Position numbers and translations under genes: made by a program. From the NCBI GenBank assembly GCA_963832835.1, contig CAWHVD010000001.1, forward strand, positions 2,133,199 to 2,197,198: a stretch of 64,000 nucleotides of DNA, given 5' to 3'. Below the pieces are notes generated by a model. It saw only the letters and a list, made by a program, of their open reading frames with translations, made no database searches and was not told the origin of the DNA. Position 1 is the stretch's first letter. The number at the start of each line of letters is the position of its first letter. Of this stretch, positions 27,490 through 36,629 are shown piece after piece. The stretch comes from an uncultured Chlamydiales bacterium. Lineage in GTDB: Bacteria > Chlamydiota > Chlamydiia > Chlamydiales > JAAKFR01.

Positions 27490-29082
27490 TCAAGTGGTAG
27501 TCTGTTTGCGGCTGGCAAGCCACTGATCTGGAAGAAGCTCATGTAATCTTTGAGCGCTATGTCCTAGAAGCCTGCCAAAAATATCCTCTAAATACTCTCT
27601 GGGATTGATACTCAGACCACGACATGTTTGCACTAGAGAAAAAAGTATTGCCCCAGCCTCTCCTCCTGCTGGACTGCCGAAAAACAGCCAGTTCTTACGC
27701 CCAATAGCTAATGGCCGCACCGCTCTTTCAGCTACGTTATTGTCCAGGCGAGCGAATGGATGTTGGGTATAGTTTTTCATGTAAGGAATCAGCCCAGAGA
27801 AATAACCGAGAGCCTCTCTTAGTTTAGATTTGGGCAATACTTTGCCTGATACTAGCTTGGCTTTGATCTTCTCGATGAGCTCGTCAATAATGGGGATTTC
27901 TTTCTCCTGGCGGATTTGCAGTCTTTCTTCCTCTGATCTAACCCAAGCGACTCTTTCTAGCATAAACAAGTACTTGATCTTGCGTAAAACCCATGCTTGG
28001 AAAGGAGCATCCGTTTCGGCCTCGAAAAACTTACGACGTATATGACTCCAGCAGGGACACCAGATAATCTGTTTCTTCTCAGCCAGTCTTTCATAAGCTC
28101 CATATTTATCTGAGTGCAGCACGCCATGATACCCTTTTAGAATATCCTGCACATGATCATGGCTGCGACTCTCACGAAAATCATAAATTCTGTAAGGAGG
28201 ATCAGCTGCACTTCCTCCTACTACAACCCACATGTAGGCTAGTTTGCATTTTTCTTTCTCCTGGAGCTTGACGGGGATTTCGTCGATGTAAATGTTTTCA
28301 CTTTTCAGGACATGTTTTTGCATCTCCTCATAAAGAGGCTGGAGGGCCAGCCCTGTTCGGATCACCCATTGAGAAAGAAGCTTGCGGCTGATGACCACTC
28401 CTTGCCTGCCCATAATCTCCACGATGCGGTAAAGAGGGAGGTGATCGACAAATTTCTGGGTGATGATCTCAGCGAGTAGGCTATTATCTGCACGGCATTT
28501 GGGTAAAATGCATTCAGGCAGATCGGCTGTGAAAATCCCAGCATCTTCCTTTTGGGGATGGGCATATTTGGGCCGGATGATCTCTTTTATAAAGTAGCTG
28601 CCCGGCTGATGGGCTAATTTGTAAGAGACTTCTTTACCGATTTGAATGAGAGCCTCGCCTGTCTCAGGGCAAACCTTTTTGTCTTCAGGCAGATCCAAAA
28701 CAATGGTTTTTACGGGTAGATCGGGATGTAGAGCAATCCTGTCTTTACCATCTCGGTTAGGTTTTCTGGTATGCGCTGCTACATTTTTTTTCTTTTCTTC
28801 GATGGCTGTTTGAAGATTTTCAAATCCTGGAAAAGAGAGTTGTTCTTGGTCGAGGTCAGCCACGACTCTTTCAGAGCGCTGACCGAAGATCTGGCGTTTA
28901 AACCATGAGAGTTGTTCTTCAAGATGGGCAATATCTTGATCTTTTTGGGCAAGACAATGATCTTTCTCAGCTATATTTCGATCCTTTTGATTAAGACTAT
29001 GATTTTTCTCGGCAAGAAGGTTATGTAGATTGGAAATTTCGGCTTGTAGCTTATCTATCAGATGGATTTCTGCTGTTTGCAT
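27490..29082 (-). CDS. tnpC: IS66 family transposase TnpC
   Basis: About 530 aa. It has an N-terminal leucine-zipper-like region, a CPETGE zinc-finger-like segment and a DDE core (..YIDEIPV.., ..HSDKYGAY.., ..CWSHIRRKF..). ATG 29082 is preferred over TTG 29109. Confidence 0.9.
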   Translation of the reverse strand: MQTAEIHLIDKLQAEISNLHNLLAEKNHSLNQKDRNIAEKDHCLAQKDQDIAHLEEQLSWFKRQIFGQRSERVVADLDQEQLSFPGFENLQTAIEEKKKNVAAHTRKPNRDGKDRIALHPDLPVKTIVLDLPEDKKVCPETGEALIQIGKEVSYKLAHQPGSYFIKEIIRPKYAHPQKEDAGIFTADLPECILPKCRADNSLLAEIITQKFVDHLPLYRIVEIMGRQGVVISRKLLSQWVIRTGLALQPLYEEMQKHVLKSENIYIDEIPVKLQEKEKCKLAYMWVVVGGSAADPPYRIYDFRESRSHDHVQDILKGYHGVLHSDKYGAYERLAEKKQIIWCPCWSHIRRKFFEAETDAPFQAWVLRKIKYLFMLERVAWVRSEEERLQIRQEKEIPIIDELIEKIKAKLVSGKVLPKSKLREALGYFSGLIPYMKNYTQHPFARLDNNVAERAVRPLAIGRKNWLFFGSPAGGEAGAILFSLVQTCRGLSINPREYLEDIFGRLLGHSAQRLHELLPDQWLASRKQTTT

Positions 29083-29124
29083 ATGAAGAATTTTACCCAA
29101 AATACTCAAAAAAATATAGAGTTT

Positions 29125-29472
29125 TTAGAGAGAAAAACGAGGTTGTAGCCGCTTGGGTGTAATGCCTTCCAAAAGCATGAGAAAGGTTCTACGATCTAAA
29201 ACAGAGCTATTATCTTTCCAACGGAAAGATCCCTTCTCCAGCCGTTTGAAATAGATGACAAAGCCATCCTGATCCCAGAAGAGGACTTTCATATGATTCT
29301 TACGCCGATTCAGAAAGATGAAGAAAGCTCCCGTGAGCAATTCTCCAGGGAAGAGTACTTCAATCTCAGCCATGGGACCATCAAAACTTTTCCTCATGCT
29401 CACAGGATGCCGGCAAAGGAAAAGACGGGCATTGCCCGGAATGCTTAGCATGACCTCAGCGTTTCCAGACAA
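29125..29472 (-). CDS. tnpB: IS66 Orf2-like protein TnpB
   Basis: 115 aa. ..RKSFDG..A..........GA.FIF.NRR....KVLFWD..GF....KRLEKGSF.W is the hallmark IS66 TnpB pattern. Confidence 0.9.
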   Translation of the reverse strand: MSGNAEVMLSIPGNARLFLCRHPVSMRKSFDGPMAEIEVLFPGELLTGAFFIFLNRRKNHMKVLFWDQDGFVIYFKRLEKGSFRWKDNSSVLDRRTFLMLLEGITPKRLQPRFSL

Positions 29473-29741
29473 CGTTTAAGGGTAGCAGCATCAAAATGTT
29501 TTTCTAAGCGAACGGATATGCCTTTCATTTCAATGGTGATCCCGACATCTTTTGCTTCAGCAATCTCAATGAAACTCCCGCGACTAAGTGTTTTGGGGAA
29601 AAGACGCCTTTTCCAAGCGTAAAACAAATAAAGGGGAATTAGATTGTCTCGGCACCAATGCTGGATCGTGAGACCGCTGGCTTTTTGTTTCTGAATTCTC
29701 TCTTCCCACGTATGCCTGAGCTCAGTAGATGATTTGCGCAT
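29445..29741 (-). CDS. tnpA: IS66 accessory protein TnpA
   Basis: 98 aa. WEERIQKQKASGLTIQHWCRDNLIPLYLFYAWKRRL is helix-turn-helix-like. It overlaps tnpB by 28 nt. Confidence 0.85.
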   Translation of the reverse strand: MRKSSTELRHTWEERIQKQKASGLTIQHWCRDNLIPLYLFYAWKRRLFPKTLSRGSFIEIAEAKDVGITIEMKGISVRLEKHFDAATLKRCLETLRSC

Positions 29742-29833
29742 GAAAAACCTCCTGGTTCTTTTTTCATGCTCCCAGACTGCCTTTTTCTACTGATTCAAGA
29801 AAGATGGGCAAATTAGACGGTTACGATTAATGA

Positions 29834-30055
29834 AAAGGAATTACTATCCTATCTGCCCCTTTTAAGGAGGTCATTGAACAGAGGGTTCATGGTTATAAAA
29901 ACACGATCACGCTGTACGACCTGACCAATACCTACATGGAAGGACAGGCCAAGGTCAATCCCAAAGCTGCTCATGGTGTTTCTAAAGAAAAGCGAACTGA
30001 TTGTCCTCTAATCACCCTTGGCTTGGCTATAAACGAACATGGCTTTATCCATAGA
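29834..30055 (+). pseudogene. Fragment of an IS1634/IS4-like transposase
   Basis: The in-frame translation ..TITLYDLTNTYMEGQAKVNPKAAHGVSKEKRTDCPLITLGLAINEHGFI.. matches the YD.T..Y.EG...K.G.SK..R.D....LGL.....G motif block of IS1634-type transposases. There is no start, and TAA/TGA stops lie at the IS66 junction. Confidence 0.55.
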
Positions 30056-30062
30056 CTATATG

Positions 30063-30578
30063 CTATTCTGACTCTAGAATTTTCTGTGCTTCTTCAAACG
30101 ATTCTTTTTTCAAATTCAAATAGGGGGCAATATGTGGCATGGGGTGGTTGATAGCATAAGTAATATTTCCTTTCAGAATACTAACCACTTCCACGCAATT
30201 AAGATCTGTTGGGCATTGCTTACCTAAAATGCCTACCTGAATGATATCTACTGGAGCTGGGAAATGTTCAAAGTATCGCCTATTATCTGGATTAGCATTC
30301 ATGGATTCCAATAATATATTGGCACATTCTACGATTAACTCCCTAGCTTCATTCATGCTCATGACTTTTTGATACATGAACGTCATGCTAATGAGATTAA
30401 TTTTTTTATCGATTGTACAACCCCCTCCAGCTCCTATGGCAATAAGCCCCTTTTTCTCCATATGCTTTGCTAGTTGACAAAGCATACGATCAGATACTTT
30501 ATCTGTTTCACTTCTTGGGTCACTACATCCAAAAAGAAAACAAAAAAAACATATGTAAATTACTAATCTTGAAATCAC
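30063..30578 (-). CDS. Lipoprotein, candidate immunity protein for the RHS C-terminal domain
   Basis: 171 aa. It has a lipobox (FCFLFGC), is AT-rich, and its ATG overlaps the RHS stop (ATGA 30575-30578). Confidence 0.5.
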   Translation of the reverse strand: MISRLVIYICFFCFLFGCSDPRSETDKVSDRMLCQLAKHMEKKGLIAIGAGGGCTIDKKINLISMTFMYQKVMSMNEARELIVECANILLESMNANPDNRRYFEHFPAPVDIIQVGILGKQCPTDLNCVEVVSILKGNITYAINHPMPHIAPYLNLKKESFEEAQKILESE

Positions 30579-33500
30579 GATTTTCCTATTGTTTCGCGAT
30601 AGCGCTCAATTTCATATTTTAGAGCTTTTTCAAACGTTGGGCTTAAAATAGAGTGATCATGCCAGGGAGCATTTGGATGTGAGGGCAACACCTTAATGGT
30701 GTCGCGGTTTTGCTGTCTGCCACGCCAGTTGATCCAGGGTATAGGATCTCTCGAGAATGACGCTTCATAGCGTTGTACGCTATGACAAATGTCTCGTGAG
30801 ATATAATCTGCGGGAGCAAACGCAACTACTCGGATCCGTTTTCTGATCTCATCAGGTGAATCTTGCAGTGCTAAGTTGGTGAGAATAGTTCCTTGGCTGT
30901 GGCACAGGTGGAGTGCAAATTGATTTGGAGATAAGGCCTCTAGTTTTTCTTTCCATTCATTTTTGATCATCTCAACCGGATTGGTTCTGACCCCCCTTAA
31001 GCCCCAATAAGCCTCTGCTGGATCTACAAGCGGTCCGTGGGTAGGGTTATAGAGCCCTTTTATGTTATATCCGCCACTGAGATCAGAAATATATAGAGCG
31101 CTTCTGCTTGCTTCTCCCAGTGTATTGAACATGCCATTGGCAAAAAAGATATGGCCATTGTTAGGCAGCTCGGGTCTTTTTAGGATGCTAAGATCATAGG
31201 CGCAGCTTTTGTTCCAATAGGGTTTCTCAAAGTTTCCTTGAAAATCGGGCCTAAACATGTCGAACATTTTGAGTCCGTAGAGATCAAAATGGGTAAGGGG
31301 GCAGTTATTGACATAAGCATAGAGATTAGGACCATTTTCAAACCCTTCTGGATCCTGAGTGATCCATCGGCCTAGTTCTGGGTTGTAGTATCTCCTACCA
31401 AAAAAGATAAGGCCTGTATCTTCTACGCGCTTGGATGAAAAACGCCAGGGTGAGAGGTTATGATCTGTGAGCTCTTCTCCATAGGCAGTATAGCGGTAGC
31501 ATTCTATAGGGTTTTTTGTATTGAGGTCTACGAGGGTAGTAACAGAGCCTTGATGGTCATGAAGGGGGATATAGGTTTTTCCTTTCAATTCGTAGAGTAC
31601 TGCCGCTCCTATTTCAGCGCCCATCCCTTCTCCTAAAATGCGGAGCTCTTGGATGATGCCGTTTTGATCAATCACTCCGATTTCATTGTCGCCATCCCAG
31701 AGGTAGCGGTCATATTTTGTTTGTTTGCCTTGGATAAATACCTTTTTGGAGAGGCGTCGGTGTAAAGGGTCATATTCATACTCGATACGGGTGTTTTTTT
31801 CATCAATGGCGATGAGTCTATCTTGGCTGTCATACGTAAACTTTCTGATCCCATTTGAAAGGAGATTGCCGTTGGCGTCAAAAAGATGGGGTGTATGGCC
31901 GTCATGGGTGATTTGGCAAAGGGTGTTTACTTCATGGTCAAGAGTATCTTTTTTGAGTCTGTTATAAAGAGAATCAAAATGATAGGTATGTTCTTCTTCA
32001 CTGATGAGTTGATCCAGATCATCAAATTGGTAGGTGCATTTTTGTTTGCCTAAGCTATCTTGAAACTTGTTTTGGGTGAGGTTGCCGACCGCATCATAGC
32101 TCAATTGTGATGTATAGAAGGAAGAGGTGCACTGTTTTAGTCGGCCTAAAGGATCTCTTTGTATGGTGATTTCTCCCAAATCTTGTGGAAGAATTGCTTT
32201 GAGAAGTAGCCCTTCCAAGTTTCTTTCTGCGTAGGTATACCCGATTCCTTTACGCAGGACCTGGTGGAGAAAAACGCCATCATAGCTGTAGGCAATGCTG
32301 GTGGAATCCGGAAGGGTTAAAAGGATTCTTCTGCTTTGGTTATCATAAGAATTGAACAGGCTTAAATCGTTTGCTAAATCTTCCTGGAGGATGTTGTTCA
32401 GAGAGTCATAGGTGCGTGTTGTCTTTTTCTGGGTAGTAGTGTCGTAGATGGAAAGAACACAATCATTGAGGTCATAGGTGTAATGATAGTCATAATCACG
32501 GGAAAAGTAGCGGGCAAGCCTTCCCCAGTCATCATATTCATGATTTAAATGATCTCCATTGGGTTTGATGATGGTTTGAAGCCGGCCTTTGCTATCATAG
32601 AGATACTGTGTTTGTTTGATGCCGGCTTCTATTAAACGCTCTACGCGTCCCATGGGACCGTAATCCCAATGGTGGATGATCGTTTGAGTGGGGATAGTGC
32701 CCTTAAAAACCGTATGGGTCAGCTCCGTGCGTTGATTATTTAGGTCAAAAGTGTTTTGGGTTTGTTGGATGAGCTCTGCCCGGATATTTTTCTTTAGTAG
32801 CCCGGCATTTCTTCCTTTTGAGTCGTAAATTTGAATCGTTTGGATATGGTGGGGATTGGTGGTGGTTTCTGTGAGTGTAGTTTGGTAGGAGTAGTTAAAG
32901 TGGATTATGTGGCCCAGGGGATCTTTGGAGATGAGGGGTTTGCCATAGGTATTGTATGCTATTTCATTGATGCCCTGGGAGTTGATTGTCTGGATGCGAT
33001 TGCCTGCGTGGTCATATACGTAGTTTTCTTGAAATTGGAGCGCGCCATTTTTTTCTGTCCTTTTCTCAATGATTTGTCCTAAAAAGTCATGTTTTTCTAT
33101 CCAGGTAATCTCTCCTTCTTGAGTGTGCTCAAGTGCACCCAGTGAATCATATGCAAAAAAACGTTTCTTATAGTCTTTTTGTTCGGCAATTTTTCTTCCT
33201 GCAAAATCATAGGAGTAAAATGTAGTGACTCCCTTGCCATCTGTTTCTGAGAGTTTATAGAAGGGAGAGTGACGGGCCATTGTTGTTTTGAGCAGTTTGC
33301 CAGAAGAGTAGGTTGATGTTTTGATGGGGTGATCAAAAATATCTAGTGTGTAGATTTTTTGGGCACCATTTTGATCGATGTGGCTGGAAATGGGTCCATG
33401 TGCAAAGTAGGTAAAATGGTCTTCTGATCCGTTTGGATAATGAATGGAAAGGGGTTGTCCCTTAAAGTTGTATGTTTTGTAAGTTTCGTGGCCTAAGGGA

Positions 33501-35728
33501 TTGATTTCTTTAGTTACGTGACCCAGAACGTTATATTCCCTCTTCTCTACCCCTCCATCGGGGTGAATGACAGCTATGATTCTGCCCAAAGCATCATGTT
33601 CAAAGCGGGTGATGTTTGAGCAGGCATCTATTTCAGCGGTGATTTGTCCTAGCTTATCGTATTGTTTTTCTGTAATGAGGAGGGATCCATCTGTTTGCCA
33701 GTCAGCAATACGTGTGGGACGGTTGGCTTTGTCATAGGTTATTTCTTTGTATTGATCGCATCTAGGGCCTGCAATGGAGGTGAGGTTGTGGTTATCATCA
33801 TAAGCAAATGTTGTGTGGTTGCCTAAAGGATCTGTTGTGGCAATCAGCCGCTCTTTTGAATCATAATCGTTAAGAATGCAGTAGCGATAAAGGTTATTGC
33901 AATCGTAGTGCTCTTCTCGAGAGATTTTACCAAAGGGGGTATAGGCATAGATGGTTTTTCTGAGGAGGATTTCTTGACCTGAAGCATCGATTGTTTTTTC
34001 TTGGACGATTTCTGGTAGGCCAAAGCAAGGCAGCGTTTGCTTAGGGGTGATTTGGGTGATTTTTCTATAAGTGACATTTTGAAGATCGTCAGGGTCCAGA
34101 CTGGAGCCATCGTCTACGATAGTCTTAATGCAAATGGCGCAATCATCATAGGTGTGGAAGGTGCGTTGACAGATAGTGGGACCCTCGTAAATGAGGGTGG
34201 AGGTTAAAAGATTGGTACCGGGTAGATAGCTATAGCAAGTGCGTTTGTCATCGCGATCGCTTTCAGAGAGCTTGAGGTTGAATCCATCATCAGAAAAGGT
34301 ACGGTTGATCCTATAGCACTCTTTTCCATCCTCCACTTTTTCCATAATGGGGTTTTGGTTTTTGTCGTATTGGTATTCTGTAATCTGAAGGGGGATGCCA
34401 GAGCTGTTTTCTATGGTTTTACGGATGAGATTGCCGGTAGCTGCATCCCACATGAAGCGGTCGATGCGATAAAGGGCATTGTCTTGATAGGTCTCTATGG
34501 AGGTGATTTTTTTGTTAGAGTCATATCGATAGTGGGTTTTGTTATTTTCAGAATCATAAAAAACAGTGAGTTGATCTTGGTACTCACAACGGCAAATAGG
34601 GCACATTTCTCCATTTGGGCCGACGGGTGCATATTGGGCTGAGACTTTGCCTTCGGGGTTATATTCGGTGGTCAGCACTCTTCCGTCTGGCTTAAGCAGG
34701 GTGTTGAGAGTGGTATTATGGGAGCCATAAGAGATGGGGGGCTGGCCGGGCCTTTGGGCTGACGCAAGCTTGATTGGAGATTTTCCGGCATGTTGCATGA
34801 AGGCTGAACGGCCATCGCTTCCTGTGACTTGAACGCCTTTGACCTCATCATGTTTTGTTCTGGGGTAATGAAAATAGATGTGGCCTAATACTTTAGACTT
34901 ATCAGCATTATAAGCGGTTATAGAGGCTAGTAATTGTGGCAGGGGAAAATTTCGCTTCTCTTCTTTCCATTGAGTGTAGGTGTAGCAAAGGATGTTACCA
35001 TTGGGAAGCCTCTCTTCCACAATCGGGATATGGTAAGGGGTCCAAGTGTTGGGATGGATGATCCAACCTCTATCTGATCCCCAGCCAAAACCTCTTTTTT
35101 TCTCTGTCCAATGCACTGTACCAGTCCAGCGGTGCATCTTAGAAGCAAAAGAGCGCTCTCTGCCGCTGCCATCTGAGATGGTTCCCATATACTGAAAGCG
35201 TTTTTTGTCTTTAGGGTCGCCGAATCTATAGTAATTGATCTTTGTATTGAGAGGATGTGATTGGCCAGATACGCCGGATGTCGCAAAACTTTTGGGAAGC
35301 TCAAAGTCAAAGGTGTAGGGAATAGTAGCGGATCGTTTTAGGGAACATACGCTTCCATCTACATCCCCTATTGCAGCAAAGATTTCCTGACCGCCCCATT
35401 CCATATTGGCGACAAAGAAGGATTCGGGGTTGTAGCGCCAAGTAGCGTAACGAGGATCATAAGGTGAGTTAGAGTTATAGAATCGGCGCACCGAAAGTGG
35501 TTGCGCTCCGGCAACTACAAGATCGAGCTCTTCTTCGCAATATTCCCCTGTTATGGGGTTAACTTTGGGAGCAATTTGGTAATCTGTAGAGGTAAGAAAA
35601 TAGTTCTGGCGCTTGTCGAGCACATGTTCTTTGGATGCGTCAAAATCAAAAATATCTGGATCAGCTTCTGTTCCAAAGAGCACTCCCATCCCGATTAAGA
35701 GCGCTAAAACAGACCACCATTTCTTCAT
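30575..35728 (-). CDS. RHS/YD-repeat protein with alpha/beta-hydrolase (lipase-like) C-terminal toxin domain
   Basis: 1717 aa with signal peptide MKKWWSVLALLIGMGVLFG and dozens of YD repeats (..YDxxGRL/N..). The core-end motif is RYYNPELGRWITQDPEGFENGPNLYAYVNNCPLTHFDLYGL. The 231-aa tip carries IFFANGMFNT and LCHSQGT. Confidence 0.9.
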   Translation of the reverse strand: MKKWWSVLALLIGMGVLFGTEADPDIFDFDASKEHVLDKRQNYFLTSTDYQIAPKVNPITGEYCEEELDLVVAGAQPLSVRRFYNSNSPYDPRYATWRYNPESFFVANMEWGGQEIFAAIGDVDGSVCSLKRSATIPYTFDFELPKSFATSGVSGQSHPLNTKINYYRFGDPKDKKRFQYMGTISDGSGRERSFASKMHRWTGTVHWTEKKRGFGWGSDRGWIIHPNTWTPYHIPIVEERLPNGNILCYTYTQWKEEKRNFPLPQLLASITAYNADKSKVLGHIYFHYPRTKHDEVKGVQVTGSDGRSAFMQHAGKSPIKLASAQRPGQPPISYGSHNTTLNTLLKPDGRVLTTEYNPEGKVSAQYAPVGPNGEMCPICRCEYQDQLTVFYDSENNKTHYRYDSNKKITSIETYQDNALYRIDRFMWDAATGNLIRKTIENSSGIPLQITEYQYDKNQNPIMEKVEDGKECYRINRTFSDDGFNLKLSESDRDDKRTCYSYLPGTNLLTSTLIYEGPTICQRTFHTYDDCAICIKTIVDDGSSLDPDDLQNVTYRKITQITPKQTLPCFGLPEIVQEKTIDASGQEILLRKTIYAYTPFGKISREEHYDCNNLYRYCILNDYDSKERLIATTDPLGNHTTFAYDDNHNLTSIAGPRCDQYKEITYDKANRPTRIADWQTDGSLLITEKQYDKLGQITAEIDACSNITRFEHDALGRIIAVIHPDGGVEKREYNVLGHVTKEINPLGHETYKTYNFKGQPLSIHYPNGSEDHFTYFAHGPISSHIDQNGAQKIYTLDIFDHPIKTSTYSSGKLLKTTMARHSPFYKLSETDGKGVTTFYSYDFAGRKIAEQKDYKKRFFAYDSLGALEHTQEGEITWIEKHDFLGQIIEKRTEKNGALQFQENYVYDHAGNRIQTINSQGINEIAYNTYGKPLISKDPLGHIIHFNYSYQTTLTETTTNPHHIQTIQIYDSKGRNAGLLKKNIRAELIQQTQNTFDLNNQRTELTHTVFKGTIPTQTIIHHWDYGPMGRVERLIEAGIKQTQYLYDSKGRLQTIIKPNGDHLNHEYDDWGRLARYFSRDYDYHYTYDLNDCVLSIYDTTTQKKTTRTYDSLNNILQEDLANDLSLFNSYDNQSRRILLTLPDSTSIAYSYDGVFLHQVLRKGIGYTYAERNLEGLLLKAILPQDLGEITIQRDPLGRLKQCTSSFYTSQLSYDAVGNLTQNKFQDSLGKQKCTYQFDDLDQLISEEEHTYHFDSLYNRLKKDTLDHEVNTLCQITHDGHTPHLFDANGNLLSNGIRKFTYDSQDRLIAIDEKNTRIEYEYDPLHRRLSKKVFIQGKQTKYDRYLWDGDNEIGVIDQNGIIQELRILGEGMGAEIGAAVLYELKGKTYIPLHDHQGSVTTLVDLNTKNPIECYRYTAYGEELTDHNLSPWRFSSKRVEDTGLIFFGRRYYNPELGRWITQDPEGFENGPNLYAYVNNCPLTHFDLYGLKMFDMFRPDFQGNFEKPYWNKSCAYDLSILKRPELPNNGHIFFANGMFNTLGEASRSALYISDLSGGYNIKGLYNPTHGPLVDPAEAYWGLRGVRTNPVEMIKNEWKEKLEALSPNQFALHLCHSQGTILTNLALQDSPDEIRKRIRVVAFAPADYISRDICHSVQRYEASFSRDPIPWINWRGRQQNRDTIKVLPSHPNAPWHDHSILSPTFEKALKYEIERYRETIGKS

Positions 35729-35805
35729 GTTACAATACCGAAACGCTTGGAGCCATCCACTTTATAAAAATTTTGAATTTAAGGGAATGACATTATAGAC
35801 ATACC

Positions 35806-36609
35806 CTAAGTGCTGTACCAACCGGTTTGACTACGATTGATGGGGTTGACTGTGTCATTTCCGACACCTACCATAGCAGATCCCGAGCCGGACATGAAGG
35901 CTGTGGAATGACTCTTTTTGATCTGGGAGAGCAAGGGGTAGAGCTGGAAGGCTGGAGCTTCGAGGTCATTGATGTAGCGAGGCTTTCCTGCGTAAAAATC
36001 GGCTAGGAGCTGCTCGGGATCCTCAGTTGAGCACTCGTGGAGTTGAAGGGCTTTGTAGATAGCGGGGGTTGAGAGTCCTTGCGGGGGCTTAATGAGAGAG
36101 AGGGGCGGTAGAGAGAGGGGTGGTAGATCGCGTACCTGTTCACCGCGGCCTGTGCAGTAGGCAGTGCCATGCGAAAAAAAGAACGCGATATCTGAGCCAA
36201 TTTCCGAAGACCATTTTTGAAGCTCTTGCAGCGTGCAGGGGTTGTTATGAAGGGTGTTAAGAGCCCAGAGGGTGGTAGCTGCATTACTGCTGCCTCCACC
36301 GAGGCCTGCTTGTGTGGGGATGTGTTTTTCTAAGTGGATGGTGACAGGGGTGTGGAGGTTGGTTTTGCGACGAAAGAGGTGGAGAGCTTTGATGATGAGG
36401 TTCGAGTCATTGCAGGGCAGATGGGGATCGGAGCATGTGAGGGAATCTTGTGCGCCTAGGGTAAAGCTGAGGGTGTCGCCGAGGTTGATTGCTTGAAAGA
36501 GTGAGGCCAGTTCGTGGTATCCGTCAGGGCGTTTGCCCATTATCCGTAAAAACAGGTTGATCTTCGCCGGCGAAAATAAGGTTAGGGATTTGAAGGTCGA
36601 CCTATTCAT
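35806..36609 (-). CDS. ispE: 4-diphosphocytidyl-2-C-methyl-D-erythritol kinase
   Basis: 267 aa. FSPAKINLFLRI.GKRPDGYHEL and PTQAGLGGGSSNAA (GHMP kinase motif) are present. It is intact and lies next to rplI, as in Chlamydia. Confidence 0.9.
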   Translation of the reverse strand: MNRSTFKSLTLFSPAKINLFLRIMGKRPDGYHELASLFQAINLGDTLSFTLGAQDSLTCSDPHLPCNDSNLIIKALHLFRRKTNLHTPVTIHLEKHIPTQAGLGGGSSNAATTLWALNTLHNNPCTLQELQKWSSEIGSDIAFFFSHGTAYCTGRGEQVRDLPPLSLPPLSLIKPPQGLSTPAIYKALQLHECSTEDPEQLLADFYAGKPRYINDLEAPAFQLYPLLSQIKKSHSTAFMSGSGSAMVGVGNDTVNPINRSQTGWYST

Positions 36610-36629
36610 GTTGTTCCCTCAAATTCTTG

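Larger units (their letters stand above)
27454..29824 (-). mobile_element. IS66-family insertion sequence, complete (2371 bp)
   Basis: It has 13-bp terminal inverted repeats GTAACCGTCTAAT (27454-27466 and complement of 29812-29824) and the tnpA-tnpB-tnpC gene set. A near-identical second copy starts at 61914. Confidence 0.9.
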
